Source: Balanoglossus misakiensis
Lineage: Eukaryota > Animalia > Hemichordata
DNA: 64,000 nucleotides
Assembly: GCA_040954595.2 (NCBI GenBank)
Contig: CM082577.2
Location: forward strand, 7,093,846 to 7,157,845
Reading direction: 5' to 3'
How positions within the stretch are numbered: position 1 is the first letter of the stretch; every line of letters starts with the position of its first letter. A program made the translations under genes and the position numbers. Below the pieces are notes generated by a model. It saw nothing but the letters and a program-made list of their open reading frames with translations. It searched no databases and had not been told where the DNA came from. Below, piece after piece: positions 41,239 through 55,700 of this stretch.

Positions 41239-44200
41239 TGAAACATATTTTTTCTGGCAATATTGCACTTCTATGAAGTAAGGGTTCTGAGCGAGGAGAA
41301 GCATTTTTTGGGTTGGAGCAACGATATTCATGTCGGTCTGTCTGCCTCATCTGACGATTTGTATAGGACTGATTTTCCCGCCAACTGATTTCAAGCACGA
41401 TTTGCCGTTGGAATGTTTGCATTAAGAGAATTAAAAGAAAGGAATCGTATTGAACTGGAGACAATCAATCATGTTTTATGATTTTTTTTTTCATTTTGCA
41501 GCGCACCGGAAAGGGAAAGAAGGCTGAGAAATTAAGATGAAGACTTGAGACTCGATGAAGGCAACTCACCATTTGTTTATTATTTGTTTATTCAGCTTTG
41601 CTCAATTGGTCTCGATCCGGGTGGAACATATTGCTCCATCTCACAGATGAAATATTGATTCGACTGAATGTACGGCATCCATATCAATAATAAGTTCAAT
41701 ACGACAGTACTCTGCTTGGTCAATTCAAATTATAATGTATGTTAATCCAGTATGACGCATGTAATGCATCATATTTAAGCTTTTCAATACTCGCTGTGCA
41801 TATTTCTTGATAGTCATACTTTTGTCAAAGGTAAACGTAAAAATGCCATGTATAAACATTGGGCATAATTTAAACTGAGGACACGTGATTAGCAATATTT
41901 TAAATGCCCCGAATGTTGTGTTTTCGTGTGAAATCTGGTATTTTCGGTGCAAAGCGAAAATGAAATCTTGTGTCAACATGTAAAAGTATTTTCTGCATAT
42001 CACTGAAATTTTATTTTTATTACAGATTAAATTTGTTAGATACAGAGAAAGTAAACTGCATGTTTAATGTTTCTTGATAATCTGGCCTATGTATCATATG
42101 TATCATATTTTATTTTATTTTAGCATCTGCGGTTCCACTAATATTTCTGCCTTCTTTGCTTGCAACGACCTCGTAATGACATGAAGGTATGTATGCACAT
42201 GTCATTTTGAGCCCTCTGTATAAAAAATGCGAAATGTAAATTGATCTTCTACATGCGACAAAATTCAAATGCAGTTGTTACTTAACCAACCCGCATTCGC
42301 ACAATGTAGGGTATGGTAAACATTTACTGAAATGCATCGCTGGAACTTAATTTCTGTTTATGCTTACAACACCGAATGAAACATACGTACCTGATCTATT
42401 TGTACATCATCAATCATATGTTAATCCCTTTAATAGGAGCTGAACACACTCTCTCTTTTCAGTTTTAAATGTAATATATCGTGTGCCATAGTTATTCAAC
42501 TTAAACGTTTTACATAAATATACATACATTAATGTTACATGTATACCTTGCAGAAATTATATTTTCATCAGTGATATATGGCATACTGTGGTACATTTTT
42601 TCTGTGACGCCGCAGCAAAACTGTTAAAAAAATATATTTAGGTAGAATGGACCATCTGGCATGTATGCAATTGGTTCTCATTGAGTGGGTCAGTGGTTTT
42701 ACTGTATCTGGAGTCACAGTTGTAAGTTTTAATGTCAGAAATTTTATTATTATTCCAGTGTTTACGATTTCAACAGAAATGCAATCGTCATAGTGGTTTT
42801 AGTGTGGCATGCGTGGGATAATCATCATGTGACTAGTTTTTTTGTGTTTCAAAACGTTTCAAGGATAATAAATAATAACAAACCACTGAACTTTGAAGGT
42901 TGTTTTTGGAATATGACGTTTGCAATGTTATTATATTCCTTTTTTTTAAAAAAGCGGATAATACATTTCTTCTATCTGAACATAAAGCATTGATTTTTAT
43001 ATCTAGTCCCCACGATTTTTAATTTACTGGAAAGGGACAATTGTTGTTCAGGAGAAGAACGCACTGTTTTGTTGACAATATGCAGAAAAAGAGCCATTGT
43101 CCTCATGCCCCATTCAGGGTGTTCTGCACTGCATTCAATCAAATAATACTAATCACAGAAAACCCGATTGTCGGTGTAATATTCTGATTCATTGTGCAAG
43201 AAAGTGTAAACGTCATTCACCGTCACAACAATCAGCCATACACGTTAATTCATATCGCCATACAAAGCATGTTTATCGATTGGATACGTGACGCCTGTCA
43301 TAACCAACAAAGAATCATCTGATGCAGATTATACCGTTCCTGAGAGACTGAGACATGTTTGTAATAACGTTGTCCGCATTTATTTTAAAGGAAGTAAATA
43401 GTGGCTTAAAGGGAGACGACCGTCTTATGCGCATGTGCCAAGCCAGAGACTCTGGTTACAAAAATTGTATACAGTCAATGCCATAGGACAGTGTGCTGTC
43501 CTGACAACAGGCAAGATGGTAACACTGTTGAGTATACTACACCAGGAATAGGTATAATGGTGTTCTTGATACATTGTTGTTTTGCCCACATATACACAGG
43601 GACGATTGGAATACATGTATGAGTTTAACAATCAGCACTGTAAAATTGCCACCTGCTGTATGTTGCCATCCCATTGCGGGATGAAACCACCTCCAGAGTT
43701 CGGCAGTCATGCAGCCTACATGTACATGTAAGTGGACTATTGGAATGTCACTTTGCCAAAATTTGTTTTTATTTAAAGGAAGCCACAAAAAATCAAGACA
43801 ATTTCATCATAAACACCAATATTACCATTGGGGAATCGTCGCCTTGTGTCTTAAATAATTACCTCGCGTGACTTTTCGACAAAAAAATAAACATATGAAC
43901 ACCGAATGTCAGGCATTACAACTGAGATTTTAAAAATTTGTAATACTTTTAGTCTGTACATGTGGGTATTTAAAAAAAAAGAGTTCAATAGAGTTCTCAA
44001 TCAAGTATATACTGTGCGTCAAGAAAAACAAGAAAACAAAAACGCAGGACGTCGTCATTCTCTGGCTCGTCACAATCCTTTTGAAAGTCATATTTAAATT
44101 TGGCTATTTTCCCATCTAAAGTGCGTTATATTCTCCTGTTTATTTCTAAGCGTAACTGAAGGTGTGGGTTTGTGCTCAAAAGAACGCGCCTGATTCGGAT

Positions 44201-47200
44201 TTGATTAGTTGCATTGGATCGGAATGAATAGATTTGAATCGATCGCTATAGTACAATGCGATATATGGGAGGAAATGGTGTTTGTCTTTGATCATGAATA
44301 CACGCGTTACCTTGACTGTGACGCAGCTGCAGTAAAACTGTAAGAGTTCTCGTCATCACTGCACACACGTATATCTGCAACACCAACGCTAATTGGTGCT
44401 TCCCACATACCACATGTATATTCAAGACTTTGTATGAGAGCAACATCTGTGTCATGTCACGTTAATATCCATGATTACTGTACACACTGATAGTGCAACG
44501 GTTCGCTTGATGCTAAGTAGCTAAGTCCGCGTGTATCTAACTTGTGTCAGTATAATGGTGTCTACGTGTATTACAAATAGCGAATACACGCAGTTCCTTG
44601 TTAATAACTTTGTGTTTGTTTCTCTAGTCGGCCGATCATTGCACGATGCTTCACGTTATCGCAAATGTTCGAATGCGGAAAGACGTCCACCCCTATGAAG
44701 AAATGAAAGAGCCTACCCTTTTTAATAAGATTTGTTTCTGAGAAGAATGTTTGACCTGAACAATACATATTTACCTATCATCAGCTCACCACAAATGCTG
44801 ATGTGCACGTACATTGGTCTCACTATGTGTTTTACAAATTGTGCTACATGTATCGCGTCAAATATTCACAGCATGAAATGTCTGCACGTGAATGGGAGTT
44901 GACCTTTTGCATTCTTCGCCAAAAGTGCATTCAGTTTCATAAAGCTGTCTTTATATCTATGCACTTTTGATTGTGTGGGCAGTTGCAAATGCACAACAGA
45001 GCCAGAATGATTAGACTAGACTGCAGTTATATCACCTATAGGTGTTTGAAATAAAGTTTTATGAAATGGAAGAAAATGATCCGGGGCAGTACGTACGTTG
45101 AAGAGTCCAAGTCATTAATCTTTAATCGTGTAATTCATTTGCACTGGCACGTTGCGTGAGAGGAGACTATAGCATTTTTTAAAATAAAAAGTCATCCGAA
45201 GACTACTAATTTTTCTTTACATAATTACCGTAACATTAACTCAGAATTGGAATATTTGTTACACGCTATCTGTGAGTTATGTACCAAGCAAATAACTAAG
45301 TTTACAACTGAGAATCATCTCAGCTACATGTATCATACTCCTGGCCTTTAGGCCCATGACAGCCTATCATACGCATGATCTGATAACAGATGCCGTACAA
45401 CAAAGACAGCCATATTGAGACACTGCTGCTTCGTCCCCAATGCGATTTTTCAGAATTGGGTGAAATTTACTAAACAATAACTATGTTTTAACCAGACAGA
45501 TTTCATCAACATTCTAGACTGCGGGCTATTTGAAGTGGCGTCATAATTGTTACGCAGTGTATGGTCACCAACTCTATATGTAAGATCAGTTATATGGCAG
45601 GAGATCATATTCACCAGCTTAACATTTGCCCTGCGTTGTCTCAATTTAAAGTGCGGGTGATTAACACAAAAATACAGAATGTGGAAGTAACATTATTATG
45701 TTAGACTTGAAAATGACGACACAGTTTTGCTACTGAGGTAACAGCGTTTTTTTGTTTCTAAACAAGTTTATTAAAACCTAGCAACAAAAACTTTGTTGAC
45801 ACATAATCCTCGAAATGTCCCCGTGAGATAATCCTGTCACATATCTCTGCGAATTCGACGCTTTGCTCTGTTGATTCTATCATCATTGTATAAAGATGAT
45901 TGATGACACTTTTAATTGTATTTGCACCTACCGTACACTAAATCCGATATCAGTTTTCAGTATTCAATCATTAGACCGGGACGTAGTGGCGGGCAACTCA
46001 ATAGAAAAGCTACAAAGTCGACAAGGCAATCAAACACATGCGCATTGCGTGTAAATAACGGCATATCACATTTAAGGAAAAGGAAGTGATTGATGAATTT
46101 AGTGATATACAGTCTAGTTAACTCTCCCGAATGTGGGTTGAAACCCCTGAAATATGAGATTGATGATTCGAAATTATGGGTCATATATGAGAGGATTACG
46201 TTGTACGCCACGGTGTCACTTTCAGTACACATCCCCACAGTGCTTTTCGTCGTTGACATCCTACGGTGGTGATTGCAAAGTTCAGGATTTGCCACTTTCA
46301 GTGTAGCATTTACATGTGTGTGAAACCGAGCGAACATGATACGATGCACAGTGTGCCCTTTTGCCTTTTTGTCGCCTTTCTATTTTGGTTACCGATCTGA
46401 AGGTATCAACTACAGAGGTGTTGATGACGCTGCGTTGCCACACGCATTTAACCATTTCTTCACCTTACTGTTAGGAGTAGCTGTGGGGGCCAGGAGATGG
46501 TGTGCTTTTTGTAGTCTGGAAGATTTGTAATCAGAGACAGACAGACAGGCAGATGCAAAATGATCCTACCATAAGTTCCAAATCTTATACCGATTTACAC
46601 ACCGTATTGGTTGTAAAACCCCATTTTTGGTAGTTTGTATAAGGGCTACAGCTATTTTGTCATAACGTATCTGAAGGTCATTGTGTGATAAAAACTGACA
46701 GTATTCCAAACCCTTAAAAAAATTAGTGCCCCTGCTTAAGTCCCCCAATTGCATTAGCCCTCCCCCTGTTAATCCTGCCCAGACCCTTAGAAGGTAAAAT
46801 TCCCCAATAATAAAACACACACACAGGTATTTCAGGACTAGATGAGCTTTTCGATGTCTTTTGCCGATCGTTTAAGTTGTACAGTTGAACTCACGGGAGT
46901 TTACGTGACGGCAGGGCAGTTACTTGAATTATCTTGAGTTCGACCTCCTCTTGTATACGTCGCGATTCAAATTCTTTTCATTTAAGCATGATGAAAATCA
47001 CTGCTGTGTGTGACGGACGGAAAATATCTGAATACACACAGTAGTAAAGTCATCACTTGCGACAGATCCATGATTTTTTATGTATGGCTAAGTATGTTAC
47101 ATTTAAACCCCTTCCTGTCCCTAAACTAAACTGGTGATGATGAATGTTTTACATGTAGATGTCAGATATCAACCTTCCAGTCGGAACGGATGGTGGAAAA

Positions 47201-49725
47201 CGCTCTGACTAGTCCGTCTGTGGTATGAGGGTGCATTAAGAAATTTTAGGCCTACATGTTGAAACATATTGAAATAATTGGCGGAATTGCAGGAATGTTC
47301 AATCGTCAGCGATCGAGAAGAGCGTGGGAATTGTAAGAAATCATTGATTTAACGCTATCAGGAGCATGCCAACAGTCCGGAGAATGTAAAGGACGTTGGA
47401 TTAGTTCTGCCATAATAACCGGATGTATGGCCATGTTTGTGCACGTTTCCACTAAGTTGAACTTATCGGTGAAATAATGAAAAATAACAATACAACTATC
47501 GCATATTAATATTAGGAGTGAGTTTACACAGCTGACTGTGTGTTGTTCTGACTTTGGTATTCAGATCGAATATCTCTTCATAACAGATCTGGAATGTAAG
47601 AACATTTCCGACGGGCAGCCATAGTATACGTTACAGTAACTTCTATGAAACATGTTTTATTTCCTAATTGTGGTAGTTCTCATACCTACGTGACGCGGCT
47701 TGCCATTGTGCATATTGCAACAACTTCCTGTTTAGTGACCCCGCGTTGTACATACATAAAGCATAACACTTTTTGTCAGTGGCTCGGGTGTCCATGAACA
47801 ACACGAGAAGACTTCTCATGAAAGTGTTTAGAAAAGCTGTGTCCAGTCCATACTTGTTTGAGTGAAATCGGTCTTCCAATTCGTCTGCCGGCTATATGAT
47901 GCAAATAGACGGTTGTAATAAAATTCATGTGCAGTGAAGCAATGTGGGTTTGTGTCAGCAACGACAGGTGCTGGTGTGTTTGAAGATAGGAAACAGTTAG
48001 TAAAATGAATGAGATACGAGTGCTTTAAACTCATTCACAATGGGGAAAAAACCCAGTAAACATGGATATATACCAAGGCTGACAATAACGTTATATGTAA
48101 CCTTTTGATTACAGCTATTGCACTTTTTGACATGACATCAGTGCTTGGCGTATTAATGATCATAAATTGTAACACATATTGATGCTATGGTATTATAGCG
48201 TGTCAGCCTGTCTGTCTGTCTGCGGTATGACATGTACACGTACGTGAATCGATGATGATATCATTCAATGGGGCTGACCTAATTTATTGGATTGTTCACG
48301 CGGACTGATGGCGAATTTATTCTTAAATAATTTAATTTTACTAAGTAAAGATGGTAATTGACTGAAAGCTATGCATTCGACCAGAGAGGATCGCTGCCCT
48401 TGGATGCACTTCCGAAAACATGTTATTTTGACCTCCATGTTTCGCTCCCAGTATTTCCAGGTCAGACGGCCATTGTAATCTAAAACACCCCGCCATGCAG
48501 CTGGTACAAGGATTGCTCTATAAACCCGAGCCAGCTTTGCATCTTTCCGTCAGCCGTCGTCTGCATCGTCTCTCTTCACTCAGTAATAAGTATGGCCGAA
48601 CGGGAAATGGGAATCCTGTGGGAACTAAACTCGACACGTCTTTCGTGCCAAACGAACGTTTTTGCTGCAATTCAATTTTCCTTTGCGGGTCTGGGAGAGT
48701 CATTATTTTTTCAGAACCCGAGACGACGCAGGCCTTTGTCGGACGGCACAGCATGCCTATACCCGGCTTGAGACAGTGTACATGTATAATTCGATGTCTG
48801 TTTTCACGTAGTAAAACACGGGATTAAATAATTTATATACATAGAGCGTGATACACGATACAACAACAACTGTTATTGTCAATATTCGAATGTATTATTG
48901 AGTGACACAGCAGTTTGGTCTATCGTATCGATGAATGTTTGTTTTGTTTTTGTTTTTCTCGATGTCGTCCGACGTCCCCGATGTTGCTATGCGTATTTGA
49001 TTGAAACAGTCGGAGGACTGCCCGGAGAAAACGGACTCAGGAACACATAATTACTTTATTTGTGTAGGATTCGCATTAAACTCAGAAGAACATTGGACAC
49101 AATCAATAATTGAATGCAGTCTCCACAAATCACGTCCCTCCTGGGCCTGCGCTTTTCCACGTTCAACAGATGATAGGTTAGAGCTGAGCTCTATACCTAT
49201 TTTGCACATATGACTTGTTTATCAATAGTGCCAACAGGCAATTAAACTAAAGGTCGGCTTAGACTTTAACCATTAATACAATTTCTTATATTGCAAATGG
49301 GTTTGGCCTAAAGCCAGCGGTAATGTGCGTTGCCTAGGAGGGTTGCTTTTATCAGCAGACAATAGTATTCTAATCTTTGATCAGCAGACGACAAGTTCCG
49401 TTGCCTGTCTCTGTATGTCTCTTGTATGGTTATCTGTATTTGCCTGTCTGTCATCTCCTCTCCTATCCCCTCTCTTAACAACGCAGAGGTTTACGATTCT
49501 AAATAATTTTAGATCTAAACTGCGCATAGCGCAGCGACGTGATTTCGAATTTTTAGGGCACATCAAAAACAGCCAGCAAACATTATGCCGACCCTGTGTC
49601 AATGGCGACCGTCTTTCATATGGGCCATAACGTATGGGGTTTGTGTGATTTACACTGTGCCTTGTGACAGGTGCTAAGCACTTTGAAAAGCTAAAGTTAA
49701 CAATACAGACTCAGTAGAAACCAAT

Positions 49726-50055
49726 TGATGTAGTACACGCCCTGGGACAGATATTCAGAAAAAGCTTTGTTCTCAAAATCTTGCAATTCTCTGATATGTA
49801 TTATTGAAGTGTGTGAAGAGTCTTTTTGAAAACATAGAAGAAAATGGATGTTCTTTATTTTTTCTCCACATACGATAAACATTGCCTATTGGCGGTCATT
49901 TTGAATTTCAAATTTGAGACAATTTTGTTCTCTCATTCAAAGGTTTGCACTGTCATCCAAAATTGTATAATCTTAATTTTCAGAGAAAATAATCTAATGT
50001 TTTTTGAGCGAAATGTGAGAAGAAAAGTTTTGAATTTTGAGGCACATGCTACCTT
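49726..50055 (+). mobile_element. ~330-bp non-autonomous MITE-like dispersed repeat, copy B
   Basis: Same length, orientation and internal landmarks as copy A: GGGACA, TGGCGGTCATTTTGAATTTCAAATTT, CTCTCATT, GAGAAAAT and GAGGCACATGCTACCTT. Confidence 0.7.
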
Positions 50056-53000
50056 TGCACGAAACATGGCTAGCAAATGTGCACATTCGTGTAAAGCTTA
50101 GAGATACTGATCTAGAAGAATGATTGTTTTGTGTTATAAAGACGCCTGATTTTGTGCAACACTGTCTTACATCATCAATCCTTTTTATATGTAAACTTTT
50201 CCATAGTCAACGCTGTCTCTGCTCTCTTATCATTCTGTATAATCTAACTTTACAATGTAACTGTTCAACACGGGACTTATCATAGCTCAATTTAATCCTG
50301 CAACTTTCCAGTGTACATATTTGCAGTTGTATTCCAGGTTGTCCCAATAAAGGAGATGTCTAACTGATACTGTGTCTAACTCTTCTCTCAATTCGCACTC
50401 GTAATTATAAATCCATGAGTGACAATGAACATAATTTCATAAAAGCGAATGTTCCACATAAACGGACCGACCGTCGTATAGGGTGTAGATTTCCAAAAGA
50501 AAAAAAACCTATAAAACCAATAGAAATGCACAAACAACCGTATATTTGTATGTCGAATATACGACGCAGAATTCCTTGATCCGTGAATACTGCCGTGCGT
50601 ATTTTCGTCGCTGGATCAAAAATTTAATAAAACAGTGGCGCCATATCCGATGTGAATATGAGACTTTAGGTCTTCCTTCGTCGTAGTTGACCTATACGTG
50701 ATGGGTACATGCGGAACAGTTCTGATCGGAACTGCCCTGGCGTTTTGTTCGCTACGGATTGGCACCAGCACTGCTGCCAGCGAAATGAAAGCATTACGTT
50801 AAACCCAAGGTGGCAAATGTTTGGAGCACCATGATGCCAGTGACTCCACTATATATACTGCAGCCCCTGCAGTTTTTCCAGACGGCCATCCATCAGCGCG
50901 CGTGTGTGTGTGTCGACTGTCCGCTGGGACGGCAGAGCAAGCTGGAGAAGATAATGACGTTAGACATGATAGTTTGAAATGCAAAATCAGATTAGGTGTT
51001 CCACCTCTTGCGAACTAACTCAATTACAACCCGCATAGGCCGGCGATGCAACTCTTGATAATGTTTGAAGACAGTGAATGAATCACTTGAACTCCAACCT
51101 TTTGCAAAGTGCCTCTAGCCTCGCGACTTTTGCGTCGTGTGGTTTTTATCCATCCGATGTTCTGTAAATCACAACAAACGAATCAAACATGGCACATCAT
51201 TCGGGCCAGTTCTGGGCTAACTGTGTGTTATCAAAACAATGTCACAGAGCCATACCACGCCAGACCTTTAGAATGTGTAATTTACATATTGTCGACCAGC
51301 TTTTGTTTTTAACAGATGAGTTTTCGAATTTCAATGTAAATGGAGACATGTTTGCTTCTGTATTGCTATAACACATTACACATAACTTCACTACATGTCA
51401 ACTTTTACACCATTCAAATATTCCAACACAGATTCGCCAAATAATTGCAGGGTTTTTGTATTATAAAAGACTGGACGAATGGTGTTGCTGTGTATAAGAA
51501 TGGAGAAAGAATTATTTACATGTACACATATAAATAAAACGTAAGTCATGCACGTTAATGAGTTTGCAGACGTCAAATTTACATGCTTTCTTGAAAAAGT
51601 AAAGTTTTCTGTGTGTCTCTGCCTCTGCAGTTTGGTGAAAGCTGCGCTGATAGCGTGGAAATTCACAGTGTATAGTCTTTATGCTTGAGTAAGTTGTTCT
51701 CGCAAGATAACATCAAATTTACGACTTCCTTTCTTGTTCTCAGTTTCAACTGAATATTTGTCATCTGATTCTTGAAATCACTAAACCCGGTCGCTAAATA
51801 TATATGCAGTGCGGAACCCCATCATATCAAAGTTGGCGAATGTAACGTAAAAAGCGATTGAGGTGATTTACAGTAACGTGTCAGCCTTTAAGAAGGACTC
51901 TTCTGCTTGGAAAATTTATGTCGCTGATTATCACGGCGATTTCGTTTTATGACTAAAACGCTGGTAATCTTTTTGAAGATCTGCGGTGGCCATAAAAGAG
52001 TGTACAATCTGCCCTGTCTTTATTCGTATTTTATGCAAATCAACTCCGATCCGGCCTGATCCGACCTTCTTCTTATCAGACACGAGGGTCTAGGAACGTA
52101 ACTTTATCATTCATCACTGACTAATCACTCTATACATTTCAGAAATATCATTTGCCATGTATCCTTACTTCATCTAGAAAGTATAATCACAGAAATAAAT
52201 TGCATATTCGCATCCGGAATGCGGGCGTAAGATTTCCAGTCGCACTCCGGATAAAGGGTACACGAGGAAAGGAAATTACGCCGTTTTCACATCAGGGTAT
52301 TCCCAGCCAGTCGATCCCAATAACGCAAGCGAACATGTAACGATTTGAGTGCGCGCGGTGGTAATCTGATTACCATAGTGATTGTGCGAAAAAAATGAGA
52401 TGTAGAACGAACACAAAGTTGATATACTCCACGTTAAAATGGTTAAATTCAACATTAGGAGCGTTGACGTCACCTATTGTACAAAATCTCATAACGACAA
52501 GCATTGACGTGCTTTTGTGCACACGTTTTTAATTCTAAACGTGATGATGTTTTGATCAATTTGTGACGAAAAGTTAATAAAGCCGCAGTGTTCTGCTTTA
52601 AGTCAGAGAGAAAGGCACAGACATGTGCATTTCTTCATGGAAAATTTCCAATCATATCACGATCTAGCAAATGTAGAAAAGGAAGATTTATTTTCAGCTT
52701 CATCTTCGCATACACAGGACTGTTATCTCTTTGCTTTCAAAAAAGCAAATTGAATTCAGGATGTTTCGCAAATTCATAGCCGATTTCAAACAAAGTATCT
52801 TTTCTGATGTTAGTGTTGTGTCGTTTATAAAGTTATGCAAAATTATCGGACGCGATTTCGTCTGAATTAATGTATTATGATAACTTCTATTACAAGTCAC
52901 GAGAATGTTGCTTTGCGCCGATGCATGAACGTTGTTGCAAATACATACCCGAATCGTTATACATCGGATATACAACGATCAAGGTTCCAGCCCACCCTCT

Positions 53001-55555
53001 ACGTATTGAACTCCGACATGTATTTCATTCTGACCCATCGATCATTCGTTCCATGTATGCATGTCCGCCAGTGACAATTTTTCTCGCTGTCCAAAGTACC
53101 CCCCCCCCCTTCCGCTCTGATGTGGTATCACCCACCTGGTCCGTCGAGCAAAATGGACGGATGCTGATCAGCGGTTTTGAATGGAAGCAGGCATGCGCAT
53201 TTGGTTTCATGTATACAGTCTGTGTTTGAAAACAAAACTGTTTACATAACGGTTTTGGAAGAAATCGCGGTACAAATTGAATTTTCTGTTGATATCTCGT
53301 GCATCACAACAATCTATAAACTTTGGCGACGGCACGCGGCCCGGGCAGCGATTTGCCACTCTGTGGCATGATGTATCTGATTTGGATAACCTACACAAAT
53401 ACACTTTGTTCCCACCCCTGCATCGCTGAGCTCAGACAAGAATGGACATCCTGTTTTAAATCTCGCATTCTGAAGAGACAGCACATAATAATTGCACCAT
53501 ATGTTTCAGACACGATGATGAAAAACCCACAGCAGATTTCGCTTGGTGAACAATGGAGGCCTTCAGAATTTATTTAATGAATGTGGAAAAAAAAGAATGA
53601 AGCAGAGGCAGGTTGGGCATAATAGTTTACAAAATACACGCGTATCATCCGTGGAATCAGTTCAGACTGACACACAATAGCATTAATCAGTCTCTTCAAA
53701 TGGTAATAACAACGTTACATCAGGTTGCACCAAGAGCAACTTGCCTATACAGTAACAATTTACACCTCCACTTCATCACAATATCAATACTGAGCATATG
53801 TTCCATTTGCGTTAAAAGTACAAGGTGACATTGTCATGCATCCGAAATGTAATACCACCAACGTGAAATGGGACCTTTCCATTGTATAATCTGTCAAGAT
53901 GCGTAAAGTGCCTGTGTATTAAGCAATGCCATAATCCATTTGCCATGCAGTGGCGACACCAGGGACCACACACTGTACTGCAGACTGATAAACCGTCAGA
54001 CAGAACGCGGTACATGCATGGTACAGAGTGCTGTTCGTCTGTTGGCAACCTTTTATGTCTGTTACACATGGGATCATAATAGATTATTAAAATAACATTT
54101 TTTTCCAATTGGTTAATTCGTTACAACATGTTGCAATATTAACCTGCCAAAGCAGTGACAAGCGACCACCAATACATCAGCATACAGAAATGGTTGTAGA
54201 TAAACAAACTACGCAGTGCAATTCCACAAAATGTACTTGTTGGGAAACTTTCTAAACTGTAGCAGCATTTAACGAGTATTTTTTTTAATATCAACCATCC
54301 TACAGGGCTCAAAAGTAACATGTGAAATATGGGAACATTTCACCCACCCTTTCCCTTGCACTTTTTTGTAACGTCTCATACATATAAGCATCACAAATTT
54401 TACATTGACATGTGCCAATAATGATCGTCTGAAATTATCTGATTGATTCGCCTGGTCAAGTTATGTACTATATCAGTAAAACATTTCTTCGAAGTCACAG
54501 TGGATTAACGTAACCTGTGCCCAATCGGTATATCGACTGTCATTTACATATATGGATGTCAGATAAGGATAACCGGTTTGGCTGCTGAGCATTCAACAGA
54601 CAAATCTATTGATCTTCTGTGTGGAGTAATCCATGTTTTTTTTATGTTTTGTTTAAATCTTGTTGCGGTGATAATAAGCGGACATTAACCGGATTGTAAG
54701 TAGTATCTAATACCACCCAAAAAATGACCAACAAATGATGTAAAATGGCGTATAAAAATTCAGACATTATATTCATGTTTATCGGAATTACAAAATTATT
54801 TTATAAATTGACTTTACATTCAAACACCACAGTATATTTTTTCTGGGGATATATTTTGTAAAAACCCTATAACTGCTGGTGTTCAGGGATGAGGGCGCCA
54901 GTCAAATAGTTCTAATTTGAAATTTACAAGTGTTTTTCTTCCTTGATAAGTCAGTACACACACAACGTATACTGCTAAAATGGTGTGAAGCAAAAAAGAT
55001 AGGATATTCAGCAATACATGACATGTATCTTGCGAGAAGGCAAAATGCACAAAACAGCGCCACCGTGGGGCTTAAAAATATCAAGTGCTAAGCTTTTTTT
55101 GAGTGATTCGCCTGAAGCTCGGGTATAGGCAAGAATGTAAACATGTAAATGGAGTCGTTGGATAACAGCCGCAGATGCATTATTCATTAATGCGTTCGTA
55201 AAGGATGGAATCGTTTTCCCTGTCCGATCGAGTGGGCATAACTGGATTTAAAATGCTAACAAAGCATTGGGCAGGCATTGGACAATATCATTCTGATATG
55301 TGCCGAAGAACATAGTTGAAAATCAAGTGTGCTTCACAGCTTGTCAGGCTGCAATGGTGTGTTGGGGGGGGGGGGGGTAATTTGTGATGTGATTTGTGAT
55401 TTACATTCTAGACATTATCATATCTGTGATCAGTTCACGTTTACCCTTTCAAGGATTCAGAAGTTCAGGAGATGTGTAACTGTTTGATTGATTGATTAAT
55501 GATTGACACATGGTGGTAGCATCATCGTTGAATGATGATTGCGGATTAGACTTCT

Positions 55556-55700
55556 ATAGATAGATAGATAGATAGATAGATAGATTGCATGAGTGAGTGA
55601 GTGAGTGTCTGAGTGAGATAGATAGATTGCATGAGTGAGTGAGTGAGTGTCTGAGTGAGATAGATAGATTGCATGAGTGAGTGAGTGAGTGTCTGAGTGA
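55556..55700. repeat. (GATA)n followed by a perfect 3 x 42-bp higher-order repeat built from GATA/GAGT units
   Basis: The unit GATAGATAGATTGCATGAGTGAGTGAGTGAGTGTCTGAGTGA starts at 55575, 55617 and 55659. Confidence 0.95.

Noticed and set aside
27137-52472. Isolated perfect CRE sites TGACGTCA (27137, 52465)
   Set aside because: Two occurrences is close to chance expectation and there is no supporting context.
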